From assembly GCF_006345805.1 (NCBI RefSeq), contig NC_043001.1, positions 37,076,001 to 37,140,000 of the forward strand: a stretch of 64,000 nucleotides of DNA. The letters run 5' to 3'. How positions within the stretch are numbered: position 1 is the first letter of the stretch; every line of letters begins with the position of its first letter. Origin of the DNA: Octopus sinensis. Taxonomy: Eukaryota. The position numbers were made by a program, and so were the translations under genes. Of the stretch, positions 52,480-64,000 are shown one piece after another. The notes under the pieces are model-generated. The model was not told the DNA's origin. It saw only the letters and a list, made by a program, of their open reading frames with translations, and did no database searches.

Positions 52480-53358
52480 TGTTACGTACGGTATGCCTCT
52501 CTTTGTGGCTGGACGGCCTCATATATACGGGTAGCGCTGAGTTGCGAGAGGACAGTCGGAGAGAGAGAGACGGACAGGGACAGGCGCAGTCTGACAGAGA
52601 CAAACAGGGGCAGAGAGAGATACACGGAGCAAGGGACGGGCAACTTAACGACTGGCAAGTGATGTAGTGGGATACTGCGCGTAGCCAGCTTTTGCCGAAG
52701 ATGCAGACGTAAAAGGAAAGAACTGTTGCCGGTAAATGTTTTTATGTTTTAAAGGAAAACGTGCTTTGTGTTGTTAAATGTGCACTAAAAAAAAAGAGAA
52801 ATGAAAGAGAAAAAGAACCGAGTTATTAACTGTCTTTTTAAAAGAAAAGAAAGAGGAAAAAAGAAAAGAACTTTGTGTTGTTAAATGTGTTTTTTTTAAA
52901 GAAAAGAAAGAAAAAAGAAACGAGTTGTTGACTGTGCTTTTAAAAGAAAGGAAAAGAAAAAAAGAAAGGAAAGAAGCAAAAGGACTGTTGTTAAATGTTT
53001 AAAAAAAAAGAAAACTTTATGACGTTAAATGTTTGAAAGGAAAAGAAGAAAAAGAAAAAGAACTGCGTTGTTAAATGTTAAAAGCGCTTTTAAAGGAACG
53101 AAGGAAAGAAAAAAGAACTTTCCAAAGAACTATTGTTGTTGAAAGTTCTTTTTTAAAATTTACTTTGACTACGCAACGTTTTGTGTATAATTTATTAATT
53201 TTTTTTGGCTCTACGGGCTACGTTTCGCTGCTTCACCGTCCGGAGTGGGTTTTTGATTTGCTGGGCGTTGTCGCACGCGAGCTTCTCTGGGACAGCAAAC
53301 TGCGGGTTGTTTGTTTGGGGACCCGTGGTGGCCTCGAAAGCCTGCATGCGGCGCAACA
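52480..53358 (+). mobile_element. Gypsy-like solo LTR with purine-rich internal repeats
   Basis: TGTTACG...CGCAACA termini, TATA-like CATATATACG, GA-rich tract, degenerate GTTAAATGT-containing repeats. TSD imperfect (GCAC/GTAT). Confidence 0.5.
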
Positions 53359-53565
53359 GTATTTTTCGGGTTTTCACATCAATGGCTAGGATCTCATCAA
53401 ACGTCCAGTTAAGAAGCCCAAATGTTAGTATGAGTACTGACACTGCAAACACATTGTAGGCCACAGTTTTATTGAATTCAGAGAGTTCTGAAGTCCAAAT
53501 TGTCTTTATTCGGTTGTAATATTCCTTAGTGACTCGTTATTTTGTTACAGGTGCCATTGTAAGAT
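53359..53565 (-). mobile_element. R4/Dong-like fragment, minus strand
   Basis: NKTVAYNVFAVSVLILTFGLLNWTFDEILAIDVKTRKIL. Confidence 0.65.
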
Positions 53566-54604
53566 ATATTTTCATACCGCCCCGAGATAACTGTAACATT
53601 CTTCGTTAGATATAGGGGAAACAGTCAAATCATTGATGGAGATGTTACTAGTCTGGTTTATAGTTCCCCCTTTTTTTGCAACCAAATAACAAAATTTATC
53701 CTGACCATGTATGTATGTATGTATGTATGTATGTATGTATTATGTATGTATGTATATTTGTGTAAGTACTGTGTATTTGTGTGCGTGTGTTTCTGTGTAT
53801 ACACATACACAAATATATACACATGCACATAAGTATATACGTATACTTACACAAATATAGATATGCGTATATAAACACATAAATACATATATCATCTTTT
53901 ATTCTTTTGTTTCAGTCATTTGACTGCGCCCATACTGGATCACTGCCTTTAGTCGAACAAATCGACCCCCGGACTTATTCTTTGTAAGCCTAGTACTTAT
54001 TCTATCGGTCTCTCTTTTGCCGAACTGCTAGGTTATGGGGACGTAAACACACCAAGATCGGTTGACAAGCGATGGTGGGAGGACAAACACAGACACACAA
54101 ACTAACACACACACTCACATATAATGTATACATACACGACGGGCTTCTTTCAGTTTCCGTCTACCGAATCAGTTCTTTCAGTTTCCGTCTACCGTCTATA
54201 AATATTTCGTTGAAAATCAAAGAAAAAGAGGATGTCTATGGATAACTGCTTCGAAACCTCCAGTTTCTATATCTAGATTATGAATTCATATTCATACCAA
54301 TAATAATTGGAGCACTAGATTTTTTTTCGTAAATGCTTAAAAGAAAATCTGGATAAACTGGGATTTTCAGAAAGAGAAACTGACCGGCTGATTCGTACAT
54401 TACAAGTCTAATCTGTGAGTACAACAGTAAAAATATGTGAAACTTTTCTCAAGTTCCAAATGTGAATTTGTCTGTGTTAATTACATCCCAAAGATGGAGC
54501 CTTTTATTTTTGTTGGAAACCGGCTCCTTCCTCAGTGGAAGATTTATAATAATTTTAAAAAATAGAAGAAACATACACAAACATATAATACATACACAAA
54601 ATAT

Positions 54605-55028
54605 GGATCTTTTCGGTTTGAACGGCAGTTTTTTCTAGTGGTGTCATATGAAATTGTCACCCATAATTATGACTCTAGTATCGATCTATTACATTTCAAT
54701 CTGTTTTAGGGCTAGGGTTAGGGTTAGGGGTGAGGGAAATGGTATCTTTTTTTCTTGACAAATGTAAATAAACCCAATCTGTTTCTTAAACGAGGGACAT
54801 ATTCATACGGCACAGAATGTTTTTTTACCTCAATAGACGTCATTGATTGGTTGAAATTGCAGAAATTGAAGAAAAACAACAACAAATATCTTACAAACCA
54901 TAGAATTTTCGCAATAAAGCCAAAAGAAAAAGATGTTTTATAAACACATTCTACCAGTATACGAAGTTTAAAATTTTTTAGTTACCTAGAAATTATGTTA
55001 AAAACTGTCGTTCAAACCGAAAAGATCC
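54605..55028. mobile_element. GGATC-terminated MITE, copy 4, with 8-bp TSD CAAAATAT
   Basis: Perfect-length TIRs. TSD at 54597-54604 and 55029-55036. Confidence 0.9.
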
Positions 55029-56785
55029 CAAAATATACATAACCATAGGCGATACCGCTGAAAAAAATTTAAATAAACAAATATTTTGTACGGAAATTGC
55101 CGAACAAACACTTTCATTATCCCTCTAGCTTTAACAAATGAATGCCTAAATTTCTTTAATTCAATAACAGCTGGCATAGTTTATGGTGTATGTTTGTGTG
55201 ATATATTTGAGGTCCGTTCTACCAGTTTGATGTCATTCACGTAGACATAAAATCAGAACATTAACTACCTGTTGGGTCACTATGAACTTTCAGAGATCAA
55301 ACATATACCACTTACATGAACTTGTACTGCTTGGTCTCCGTTACCCAACCTGTATGTATGTGTGCGTGCGCATGCGCGACTGTATGTACGTGTGTGTGAG
55401 TGTGTGCGTGTCAGTGTGCACGGGTGTGCGTGTGTGTGTGTGTATAATAATAATAATAAAATTATTGTATACAATGCTCAGGTGCACCACAACTTGTCAG
55501 AAAGTGCATATAAAGTACATGCAGTAATGTAGAAATGTCTGGAAAGCGAACAATGTATGAGTCAGATACATGCTTGTGTGTGTATGGAGGGGAGAAAATC
55601 AAGTGTAGTGTTGGCGAATCTCAGGAAGCATGGAAGTTTTGAAGGATGCAGTGCTCCGACAACTAACAACTGATGCCGGCAGTTTGTTCCATGCTTCAGC
55701 AACTCTCAGCGTGGTGCTAGTAAACTTACGATTACACACACGCGCGCGCAATCGCGTGAATACATTTATACTCTGCAACTGTATATTAAGTTCTCACTTT
55801 CTCAATTGTAAATACTAGCAGAAAGACTGCCTTCCGGACGGTTTTCTGCTAGCCCCTTGATAATATTTTCACATTTGATTCCCAATTCTGATAATTTTTA
55901 TATTTAACGTTTATTTCTTTGTATAATAGTGCTAACTTCCTTAGTAAGTATAGCTTTCATTGTTCTGGCTTCAAATCATATAAGGATTTATGAGAGAGAA
56001 TTTTTCCAAGGGGCTGGAGAGAGGAATTTTGGAAAATTCACACGATCTGACATTTTTTTTACCTCATAACTTTCAGGAAGATGGGTCTCTTTTAATGAAA
56101 ATCTATACAAATCCCTTTCAAACGGCATAGATTACGATTATAAAGAAATTTGTGGGGAAAATTTTTTCAGAGATTTTCCTCATATTTTTTAAACCACAGT
56201 CTTCGAAATGATGGAGGTAGGGGTGGGGGCATTTTTGTATGAAAAATGTTTTGTAAACTCTTTTTGTTTACATCCCCATCCTCATCATCTCACTCCGGAC
56301 CTATTTTGGCCTTCTTTTTTTTTTTTTTTTGCACTTCAAAACCATGGAAAGAGCATTTTCGGTAAAATCTCTTTAAATTGTTAATATTTTCAGAGGGAAA
56401 AGTGAGTGATTTAGGGGTGACTTGGCTGTTGTTTCTAGCAAATGCAAAGACAACCCTCCTCGTTTTTTTTTTTTTTTATCACTCTTGCATGTATTATGTT
56501 TTTCAATATTTCCCCCCATAAATACATTTATATACAAAAAAAATTAAGAAATTATTAATTTTTTGCAACCCCACTCCCTACTCCTGATTGTGTTTCTGTT
56601 AGAAATTAAAATATTGGAGAGCCTGAGAAGGTCATTGCTGGCATTTATCCACAGTGATTAAAAAAATTACGGAGATGTACTTGCATAGCAAGTGACTTGA
56701 TCTGAGATCGTGTGCTGAAACTAAAGCAATTGCAGCGTAGGTGTTTGTAAGGCATTCAAGAACACACAGAAACCGTTAGTTTCAC

Positions 56786-56978
56786 GGCACTACTTAAATA
56801 CAGAGGTCCCGATGCATCTATGTAACAATATGAAGGCGAGGATTAGTTTTGGGATTAGCTAGGATTAGGGTTAGGGTGTCATTACACATCCACACAGCGT
56901 ACATTTAGAATGTTTTGTACGTAACACCTGTATTTATTAAGTAGCACCGTTAAGGGACCTCTGTATTTAAGTAGTACC
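56786..56978. mobile_element. 193-bp MITE with 25-bp TIRs
   Basis: GGCACTACTTAAATACAGAGGTCCC / GGGACCTCTGTATTTAAGTAGTACC, with internal TTAGGG-like units. Inserted in another repeat. Confidence 0.8.
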
Positions 56979-58134
56979 ACTTTAAGTATTACCGGTTTCA
57001 CTTCAACATTAAAATTTCATTTGTGTCAAAATATTTTCTTTGCTTTGAAACCGCGACCTGTTCACTTCGCAAAAGTAATGCAGCACGAAGTTTTGTCGGT
57101 GAAAAGGAAACACACACGCACACATACATTCATTGCATTTCATTTGTGTGTATGTGTGTCTATGTGTGTGCGCGAGTACATCTCTATAAAGGCGGCGAGC
57201 TGGCAGAAACGTTAGAACGCCGAGCGAAATGCGTAGCCGTATTTCGTCTGCCGTTACGTTCTGAGTTCAAATTCCGCCGAGGTCGACTTTGCCTTTCATC
57301 CTTTCGGGGTCGATAAATTAAGGACCAGTTGCGCACTAGGGTCGATGTAATCGACTTAATCCGTTTGTCTGTCCTTGTTTGTCCTCCCTGTGTTTAGCCC
57401 CTTGTGGGTAGTAAAGAAATATATGTGTGTGCGGGAGTTTGTCACTGATGAAGTCGCTCGTGCAACTTGTTTGAGTATATATTGGATTAGTGGATTCCAC
57501 CGAGGTCGACTTTGCCTTTCATCCTTTCGGGGTCGATAAATTAAGTACCAGCAACGCACTGGGGTCGATGTAATCGACTTAATCTGTTTGTTTGTCCTTG
57601 TTTGTCCCATCTATGTTTAGCCCCTTGTGAGTAATAAAGAAACATTTATATTGGGTCAGTGGTACAGTGTTTGGAAATGTGAATAAGATGCAGTGCGTAA
57701 TCGACCCCGAAACGATGAAACATTGACCCCCCCCCCCTTCTGGTTTATTTACCTTTTGTGCAAATTTGTTGCGACAAGTGGCAAAACACGAACGTGTGTA
57801 TTTTTGCTTGTGTGCGTATATGTATATGTCCGTTTGTATGTGTGTGTACGCTTATATATTAATTACTATGCGTGTGTGTGTGTGTATATGTCCGTTTGTA
57901 TGTGTGTGTACGCTTATATATTAATTACTATGTGCTTGTGCAAATGTGTGTGTGTGTGTGTGGTGCGTCTGCTATATTTCTTTATCAATATCGATAACGC
58001 AGCAATGCTGGGATTTCATTGGTTAAAATTCGAAGATGTTGGGATTTCATTGGTTAAAATTCGTAAAAATTAAACTACGTTTAAGTTACGAATAACAGTT
58101 TTGTTTTCAATTTTGTTTACAATAATGTTTTCTT

Positions 58135-58213
58135 TTGACACATTCTACCAGTATACGAAGTTTCAAATTTTTTAGTTAACTAGGAAAATCTGGCCTTCAA
58201 AATGAAAAGATCC
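58135..58213. mobile_element. Partial end of the GGATC MITE family
   Basis: ACACATTCTACCAGTATACGAAGTTT...GAAAAGATCC. Confidence 0.6.
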
Positions 58214-58223
58214 ATACTTTGTA

Positions 58224-58311
<88 letters not shown>

Positions 58312-58337
58312 CATACATACATACATACATACATACA

Positions 58338-58369
<32 letters not shown>

Positions 58370-58619
58370 AAAAATGCTAGTTCTAAAATCTCTCTAAGTG
58401 ATCAACGCAGTAGTTGTACCATCAAGTAATATTACTTCAACATAGCTGTCCGTTCGAACGGACTCCACTGCGATTTTTAACCCCCTGTATGTATGTATGT
58501 ATGTATGTATGTATGTATGTATGTATGTATGTATGTATGTATGTATGTATGTATGTATGTGTGTATTATGTATGTGTGTATTTCAATGTTCTGAATGCAA
58601 ACTCTGAAACTGATCTTTC

Positions 58620-59912
58620 CATAGCATAGACAACTTTGCTTCAGCTTGTGATAATTCCGGTCTTACTATCAGTATCAAAAAGTCATGTACCAGCCCGCTC
58701 CAGGAAAACTTTACGTTGAACATCTCCTGACAGTCAACAATCAGCCTCTTCAAGCTATAGACTAATTCACCTACTCTCCGAATACACTGTTATGAAGTGT
58801 TTACATTGATGATGGAGCAGACGCAAAGATAGCAAAAGCCAGATCTACTTTTGGACGTCTTCATCACAAGGCTTGGAGAAGACCTGGTGTACCCACCCCT
58901 AATAAAAAAAGTACTTGTACACAAAGCTGATGTGATGACTACATTATGTTATGGATGTGTAGGCAACCATAGTTGAATCCATGTCTTAACGTGGGTCATC
59001 TGGAGTTATCTCCCCTGGTCACATCGTTAACAACGAGGTGGCGCTCGTGAGATAGGGATAAAAAGACGCGCAGAACCAAGAACGGCCTCGTTTACTGACC
59101 AAAGCGGCCAGCTGCTAACTGCATCGTCTCCCTCTCTGCTACTGGACTACCCCGCGTTGATTTGAATTGAGTTGAATCTACTATACCAGTCATGGAAGGC
59201 GGCAAGACGAAAACCTTTTCTTATTCAACTTCCATTCTGTTCTGTTAAATGTTAATATACAAGTTGTGTATGAATGCTCTCCTCCCGGATTGGAATAAAT
59301 ATATCATGTACATGAAGGCTTCGAAAACTCATACGAATTGTTGCTGTTTCTCACTGGATTAATTCCTACAACTATCGAAAGATGACCGGACATTATATTA
59401 AATTAGTGAGCTAAACGCTCGCTAAAGATGTGAAGTCCTGGACAGTTTACCAAAGACGTGCGAAAAAAACTTAACCACTTTCACCTAACATGGCTGAGAA
59501 AAATTCTTGACATCACGAAGCAGAATAAAATTCCCAATACAACTGTGTTCGAGAGATATAATATGTCAAGCATGTATGTCTTATTAAATCATTTCTAGCT
59601 GCATGAAGTATATATAAAATACATGCCCGCCTCCAGATACCCCAGTTTATATTCTTTGGTGCACTAGCATTTGGCTCTCAGTCACATGGTGGAGCAAAGA
59701 AGAGATACAAAGACACTCAAGACAACCGCGAGATAAGCGTAACATGGAGCAGTCTAATTGGGAATATTTTGCTCATGATCACTCACTGTGGCATCTGGAA
59801 TACAGCGCCCAGAATCGGATGTGACCAGAGAAGCTAAAGAGAGGAGGGCTTCACGGGAAGCTAAAGTCCCATCAGGTCTTGACTCTGCTGTTACGTACCC
59901 CCACTGTAATCG
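58620..59912 (+). mobile_element. Decayed RTE/BovB-like LINE (RT C-terminus and terminal zinc finger), interrupted by an LTR-like insert
   Basis: FASACDNSGLTISIKK..MYQPAPG, AKIAKARSTFGRL, LCYGC, and a terminal RRASREAK...YPHCNRRY. Confidence 0.7.
58958..59370 (+). mobile_element. Solo-LTR-like insert
   Basis: TGTAGG...CCTACA inverted termini, internal AATAAA. No clear TSD. Confidence 0.5.
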
Positions 59913-59966
59913 CAGATACCTCGGTTTTCGAACAACTCTGGTCACGAATAAATCGTGCTTTATATA

Positions 59967-60580
59967 TCAACACTATTGGGCAAAATTTCCCTTTACTAAC
60001 TAGAAATCCAAAAATGAACGACGTCCTGAAAACGCACAAACTCATCAAATGCAAAATGCAACACAAATCGCTAAAAAGTCTGTTAACAAAGGCGAAGCTT
60101 TATAAAACAACCACGAAACCAACGGTTAAAAAATGTGGACACCCAAACTGTAGGACCTGCCCCAACTTACTTGAAGACTCAGATTTCCTTTTCCAACAAG
60201 GAGAGAGGTTCACAATTAAAACTAGTTTCACTTGTGTCTCTGAGAACCTAATTTATGTAATAACCTGCTCGGATTGTGGGCACAACCATATTGGACAGAT
60301 GAGCATGACCTTGAGACAGAGAACCACTCTACATAAAGAGCAAATCCGTTTCCCGCAATACTGGCAAATTCCTCTCAGTGAACATATAGAAAAATGTACA
60401 GATAACGTCAAACCAAATTTCACAGTCTTCCTCTTCTACCAATGCAAAGACACAATTTCTCCACAAGAACATTTAAATAAAGAAATATTTTTCATCGAAA
60501 AATACAGAACACGTCTTAATAAGCACGCATCACTACATAAATCCCCTCACTAATCAAGGTTTTCGAAACTTTTTTTTGTG

Positions 60581-60616
<36 letters not shown>

Positions 60617-60870
60617 ATATATTCCCCCCCCCCTTACTGAAAACTGAACAGTTATCTCCCTTGCCCACAACAATAACAATAATAACGGTAACCAATTACT
60701 TCCACTTATTTTTTACTTGTGAAGTCATTCACCCGTAAATATCATCACACACAACATGCACAAAAATTTCTTCTTAAGAAAATACATATTCAAATAAGTA
60801 AACCATATATCATGAATAGCGAAAGCGAAACCTGTCGATATATTAAAAATTGTATTAAAACTATGTAAAG
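59967..60870 (+). mobile_element. 5'-truncated Penelope-like element (linker + GIY-YIG endonuclease + 3' pLTR-like region)
   Basis: ORF to 60553 with KKCGHPNCRTC, FTCVSENLIYVITCSDCGHNHIGQ...LRQRTTLHK..IR and LSEHIEKC, typical of Penelope GIY-YIG domains. Confidence 0.85.
60805..60843 (+). ncRNA. Variant minimal type I hammerhead motif with A3-U8 core pair, in a Penelope 3' region
   Basis: ATATATC-ATGAATA-GC GAAA GC-GAAA-C CT G-TC-GATATAT. Perfect 7-bp stem I, GNRA-capped stem II, GUC cleavage triplet. About 250 nt downstream of the GIY-YIG ORF stop. Confidence 0.65.
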
Positions 60871-60954
60871 TGTGTGCATTTCCCTTTTTTAATTTCTTAT
60901 ATATATATTACAACTCACAAAGTGGGGATAATCGAAATTCATCCTTTTTGTTAC

Positions 60955-61004
<50 letters not shown>

Positions 61005-61028
61005 TATATATATATATATATATATAAT

Positions 61029-61059
<31 letters not shown>

Positions 61060-61194
61060 GGGTATAGATTTATATAAAGCACGACTTATTCGTGATCAGA
61101 GTTGTTCGAAAACCGAGGTACTATTGTATGTAATATATATAAGGATAAAAATCACGTTAATGATAATTATCAGGCAGTTAGTATGGAAATAAGC

Positions 61195-61225
<31 letters not shown>

Positions 61226-61297
61226 AAATTGTATGGATAATACTGTACTAAATTCTGGTGCCTCAGCTTAAGTACCATATTCATCTGGATCTAAATT

Positions 61298-61331
<34 letters not shown>

Positions 61332-62199
61332 GATATATATATAATATATGTGTGTGTGTGTGTGTGTGTGTGTAAGTATGTATGTATGTATGTATGTATG
61401 TATGTATGTATGTATGTATGTATGTATGTATGTATGTATGTATGTATGTATGTATGTATGCATGCATGTATACTTTCGTAGTTGTTAACAGGCTGCATGA
61501 CCTGCTGGGTTGCCTTGATGTCCAATCGGTTGATGGAGTTTACGTTCCATCAATATCAATGCAATATCTTTTTTTAAAACTTCACAAATCTCAATGGCTC
61601 GTTCCACTTACCTGCAAATAAATACTACATGAAGTTACAACCGACTCATATATGGTTTAGATAGCAAAGAGGAGCGGGGAGATAAACACCACACAGTCTC
61701 ATTTCATCTTTTTATAAGTCTGAAAGTACGTATCTCTATAAGAAATCATTGTTATCACTGTCTTGAAAAATAATGTCTTCGAGAATATACCACAGAGAGT
61801 ATATTATAGCATTCATTTCCAGTTGAAAGATTAAGTTAGCTGTATCAATCATCTTCCCTACTTATTATTCATTATCAAAGGTCGTAAGACTAGTTTTACT
61901 GAAGAACGTTGCTAAATCTATTTCACAATTATAGTATTTATACATTGTTTAGTCTTGACTCTAGTTCAAATTCTGCTGGTGTTGACTTTTCATCCTTCTT
62001 GTGTGGCCAGTGACATATGTAAATGCCAGTAGTAAACGAAAGGCTACTCAATTGATTGATTATATTTCTCTATAACGATTGGACTTGTATCAAGTTGAAT
62101 GAGATTGTTAATGTTTTTACTATTGTTGTTATCGCCGAAAGAATAAAAAAAGTAAGAAATATGTACAAGGATTTCCAGCAGATATGAAGACATAAGTAA

Positions 62200-62335
62200 G
62201 TCATTTCGTCAACGAAATGACGTGAAACTGTGAGAAGAAAAAAATGAAGCAATAGGTTTTCTATTTTATTTCTCTTCTCATTTCGTCATTGAGTCTCTTG
62301 CACAACAACGTCATGCATCACTCGATGACGTCACT
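62200..62335 (+). promoter_or_regulatory. CRE cluster upstream of the KLHL10-like exon
   Basis: Full palindromic TGACGTCA at 62326-62333 plus several CGTCA/TGACG half sites (~62207, ~62217, ~62284, ~62309), about 190 nt upstream of the ATG. Confidence 0.45.
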
Positions 62336-62523
62336 CACAATGGCGAGATCATTGTTTCGTTCTTTCTTTTTATTTTCGCTATCGGCAGAAACGTTAGGAT
62401 TGTAAAACAACAACAACAAAACAAAATAATAAACAAAATCAAGAAAATGTATGATAGAAAATCTCTTTCGTCGGAAAGGAAAGTTTTCTGTGAAGAGGCA
62501 TTATCATTCACAAGACTTTACAA

Positions 62524-63472
62524 ATGGAAGGAGAAGTAGTAAAAGACAAAACAAAAAGGATTTATCACAATGAAACAACCAGAGCTTGTCATGTCTTAAT
62601 GGAACTGCGAAATGCTGGCGAACTATGTGATGCTGAAATTTTAGTAGGAAACACATCGTTCCCAATTCATCGTGTGATTTTATCATCGAGCAGTACCTAT
62701 TTCAGAGTACTTTTTACCAACGAGAGATTCCAAAGTAATCGTCAGAAAGTGATTATTCCCAATGTAAGCGTCAATACAATGAATTCCATTCTAGAGTTCG
62801 CATACACACAAGAGTGTAGCATTAACTGCAACAATGTCGAAGATCTTCTAGTAGCTGCTGATTATTTCAATATGATTCGCCTCCTGCAATGTTGTTGTGA
62901 ATTTCTGGCAACTGGATTAACCGCAGAAAATTGTATTGGAATTAGACGACTAGCCCAGATATATTCATGTCGGGAATTACAACTTGCAGCACATAGTTAT
63001 ATACTGCAAAACTTCTCAATTGTATACAGACGGTCGGATGAGTTCCAGCGACTGAATATCGATGATATCTGCGAAATCATTTCTTCGGATAACCTTAATG
63101 TAAAATCGGAAGAAATAGTTTTTGATGGGATTGTTGATTGGATCAGTTACGATCCAAACAATAGAAAACATTATTTCAACCGGCTTTTGCAGAAAGTACG
63201 ATTTGAACTGACATCTGCGTGTTTCATTGAGCAAGTACAGAGATATTGTTGCGCATGCGGTGAAGATTTTACTAACAACTTATTTCATATTCCTGTAACC
63301 TTTTCTCCCATGGAAGCTGTTGATATATCACATGTTAGTTTACCAACTGCAAGAATTCCTAACCAAATTTTATTTGTAATCGGTGGTTGGAGCGGTGGAA
63401 GCCCTACTGGCATCATAGAAACATACGATATAAGAGCAGATCGCTGGATTGAATGCCCATCTGTAAACTCAG
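62524..63472 (+). CDS. KLHL10: Kelch-like protein (KLHL10-like), first coding exon: BTB + BACK + start of Kelch repeat 1
   Basis: ORF with BTB (LCDAEILVGNTSFPIHRVILSSSSTYFRVLFT), BACK (NCIGI...ILQNF...LNVKSEEIVF..IVDWISYD) and ILFVIGGWSGGSPT.IIETYDIRADRW, which resembles KLHL10. Phase-1 donor CAG|GTTCGT at 63472/63473. Confidence 0.85.
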
Positions 63473-64000
63473 GTTCGTTGCTTGGAAACGTCATTATCGT
63501 ACTCTATGGAAAATTGTGTTATTTCTTAATAGAAATTTACGATTACATACAGTAATTGCCTGTAATGAGGCACTGTGATACTGAATAGAATTAAGTTTGG
63601 GCGCACCGATATTCTTCTATGATGGGATGTGAGGAACCTACTTTCTAAATGTTTCCTATTAAAAAAAAAAGTAACTACTTTCTCATTTTACTCATTTTCA
63701 TTAGTAACTACTACCTTAAAGTATTTCGTTTTGGGATTTGGTTTGCAAGATTCTTTATATAAGTTCGTGTGTTGAACCATATTCTGTTGCGTCTGGAACA
63801 TTTTAGGAAAATAAAAATAAGAAATAAGTGGAAATTTTACCGGTGAATGTGTTACATTATAAGGCACAAAAGAAAATGACTCTCCCCAGACACAACAGAA
63901 TACTACCTTAAAGTTCCTACTGTTAGAAAATCCAGAACAAACCATCTTCATGCCTTTTACGCAAACTGTCAAATTTGGCCCAAACACCCTGCACGGTGCT

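Larger units (their letters stand above)
59913..61126. mobile_element. Pair of ~50 bp inverted ends (Tigger/pogo-like TIR) bracketing the Penelope fragment
   Basis: TACCTCGGTTTTCGAACAACTCTG(G/A)TCACGAATAA(A/G)TCGTGCTTTATATA at 59917-59966 and, inverted, at 61071-61120. The right end is followed by TA. Confidence 0.55.

Noticed and set aside
53205-53245. Hammerhead-like CGGACGGTGAAGCAGCGAAACGTAGCCCG on the minus strand
   Set aside because: GAAAC-GT-A and a weak stem I are present, but the CUGANGA core has three non-compensated changes.
54705-54740. TTAGGG runs as interstitial telomere (also ~32735-32757 and ~56860-56878)
   Set aside because: Short, degenerate, and internal to MITE families.
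63473-63555. C-terminal 27 aa of the 343-aa Kelch ORF
   Set aside because: Similarity stops at the CAG|GTTCGT donor; this is intron read-through.

Overview
AT-rich, repeat-dense eukaryotic DNA. The SINE/LINE repertoire and gene structure point to an Octopus genome (inference). Two host genes are supported. (1) ETHE1 (mitochondrial persulfide dioxygenase) on the minus strand, with four coding exons (26792-26556, 8150-8006, 5320-5135, 1796-1704) that splice in frame; the remaining exons lie beyond the left edge. (2) The first large coding exon of a KLHL10-like BTB-BACK-Kelch gene on the plus strand (62524-63472). The rest is a layered transposon landscape: tRNA-derived SINEs, RTE and CR1 LINE 3' ends, a ~10 kb same-orientation nest of R4/Dong-like RLE retrotransposons in (AAT)n, two Penelope-like remnants, GG-terminated MITEs, solo-LTR-like pieces, a Helitron-type end and many microsatellites. 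The most notable signals found by eye are three minimal type I hammerhead ribozyme motifs. Two face away from each other in a ~430 bp near-perfect palindrome (33040-33473). The third sits downstream of a Penelope GIY-YIG ORF and carries a compensatory A3-U8 pair in place of the canonical C3-G8 (60805-60843). All family names, alignments and coordinates were read by eye; no searches were run, and repeat boundaries are approximate.
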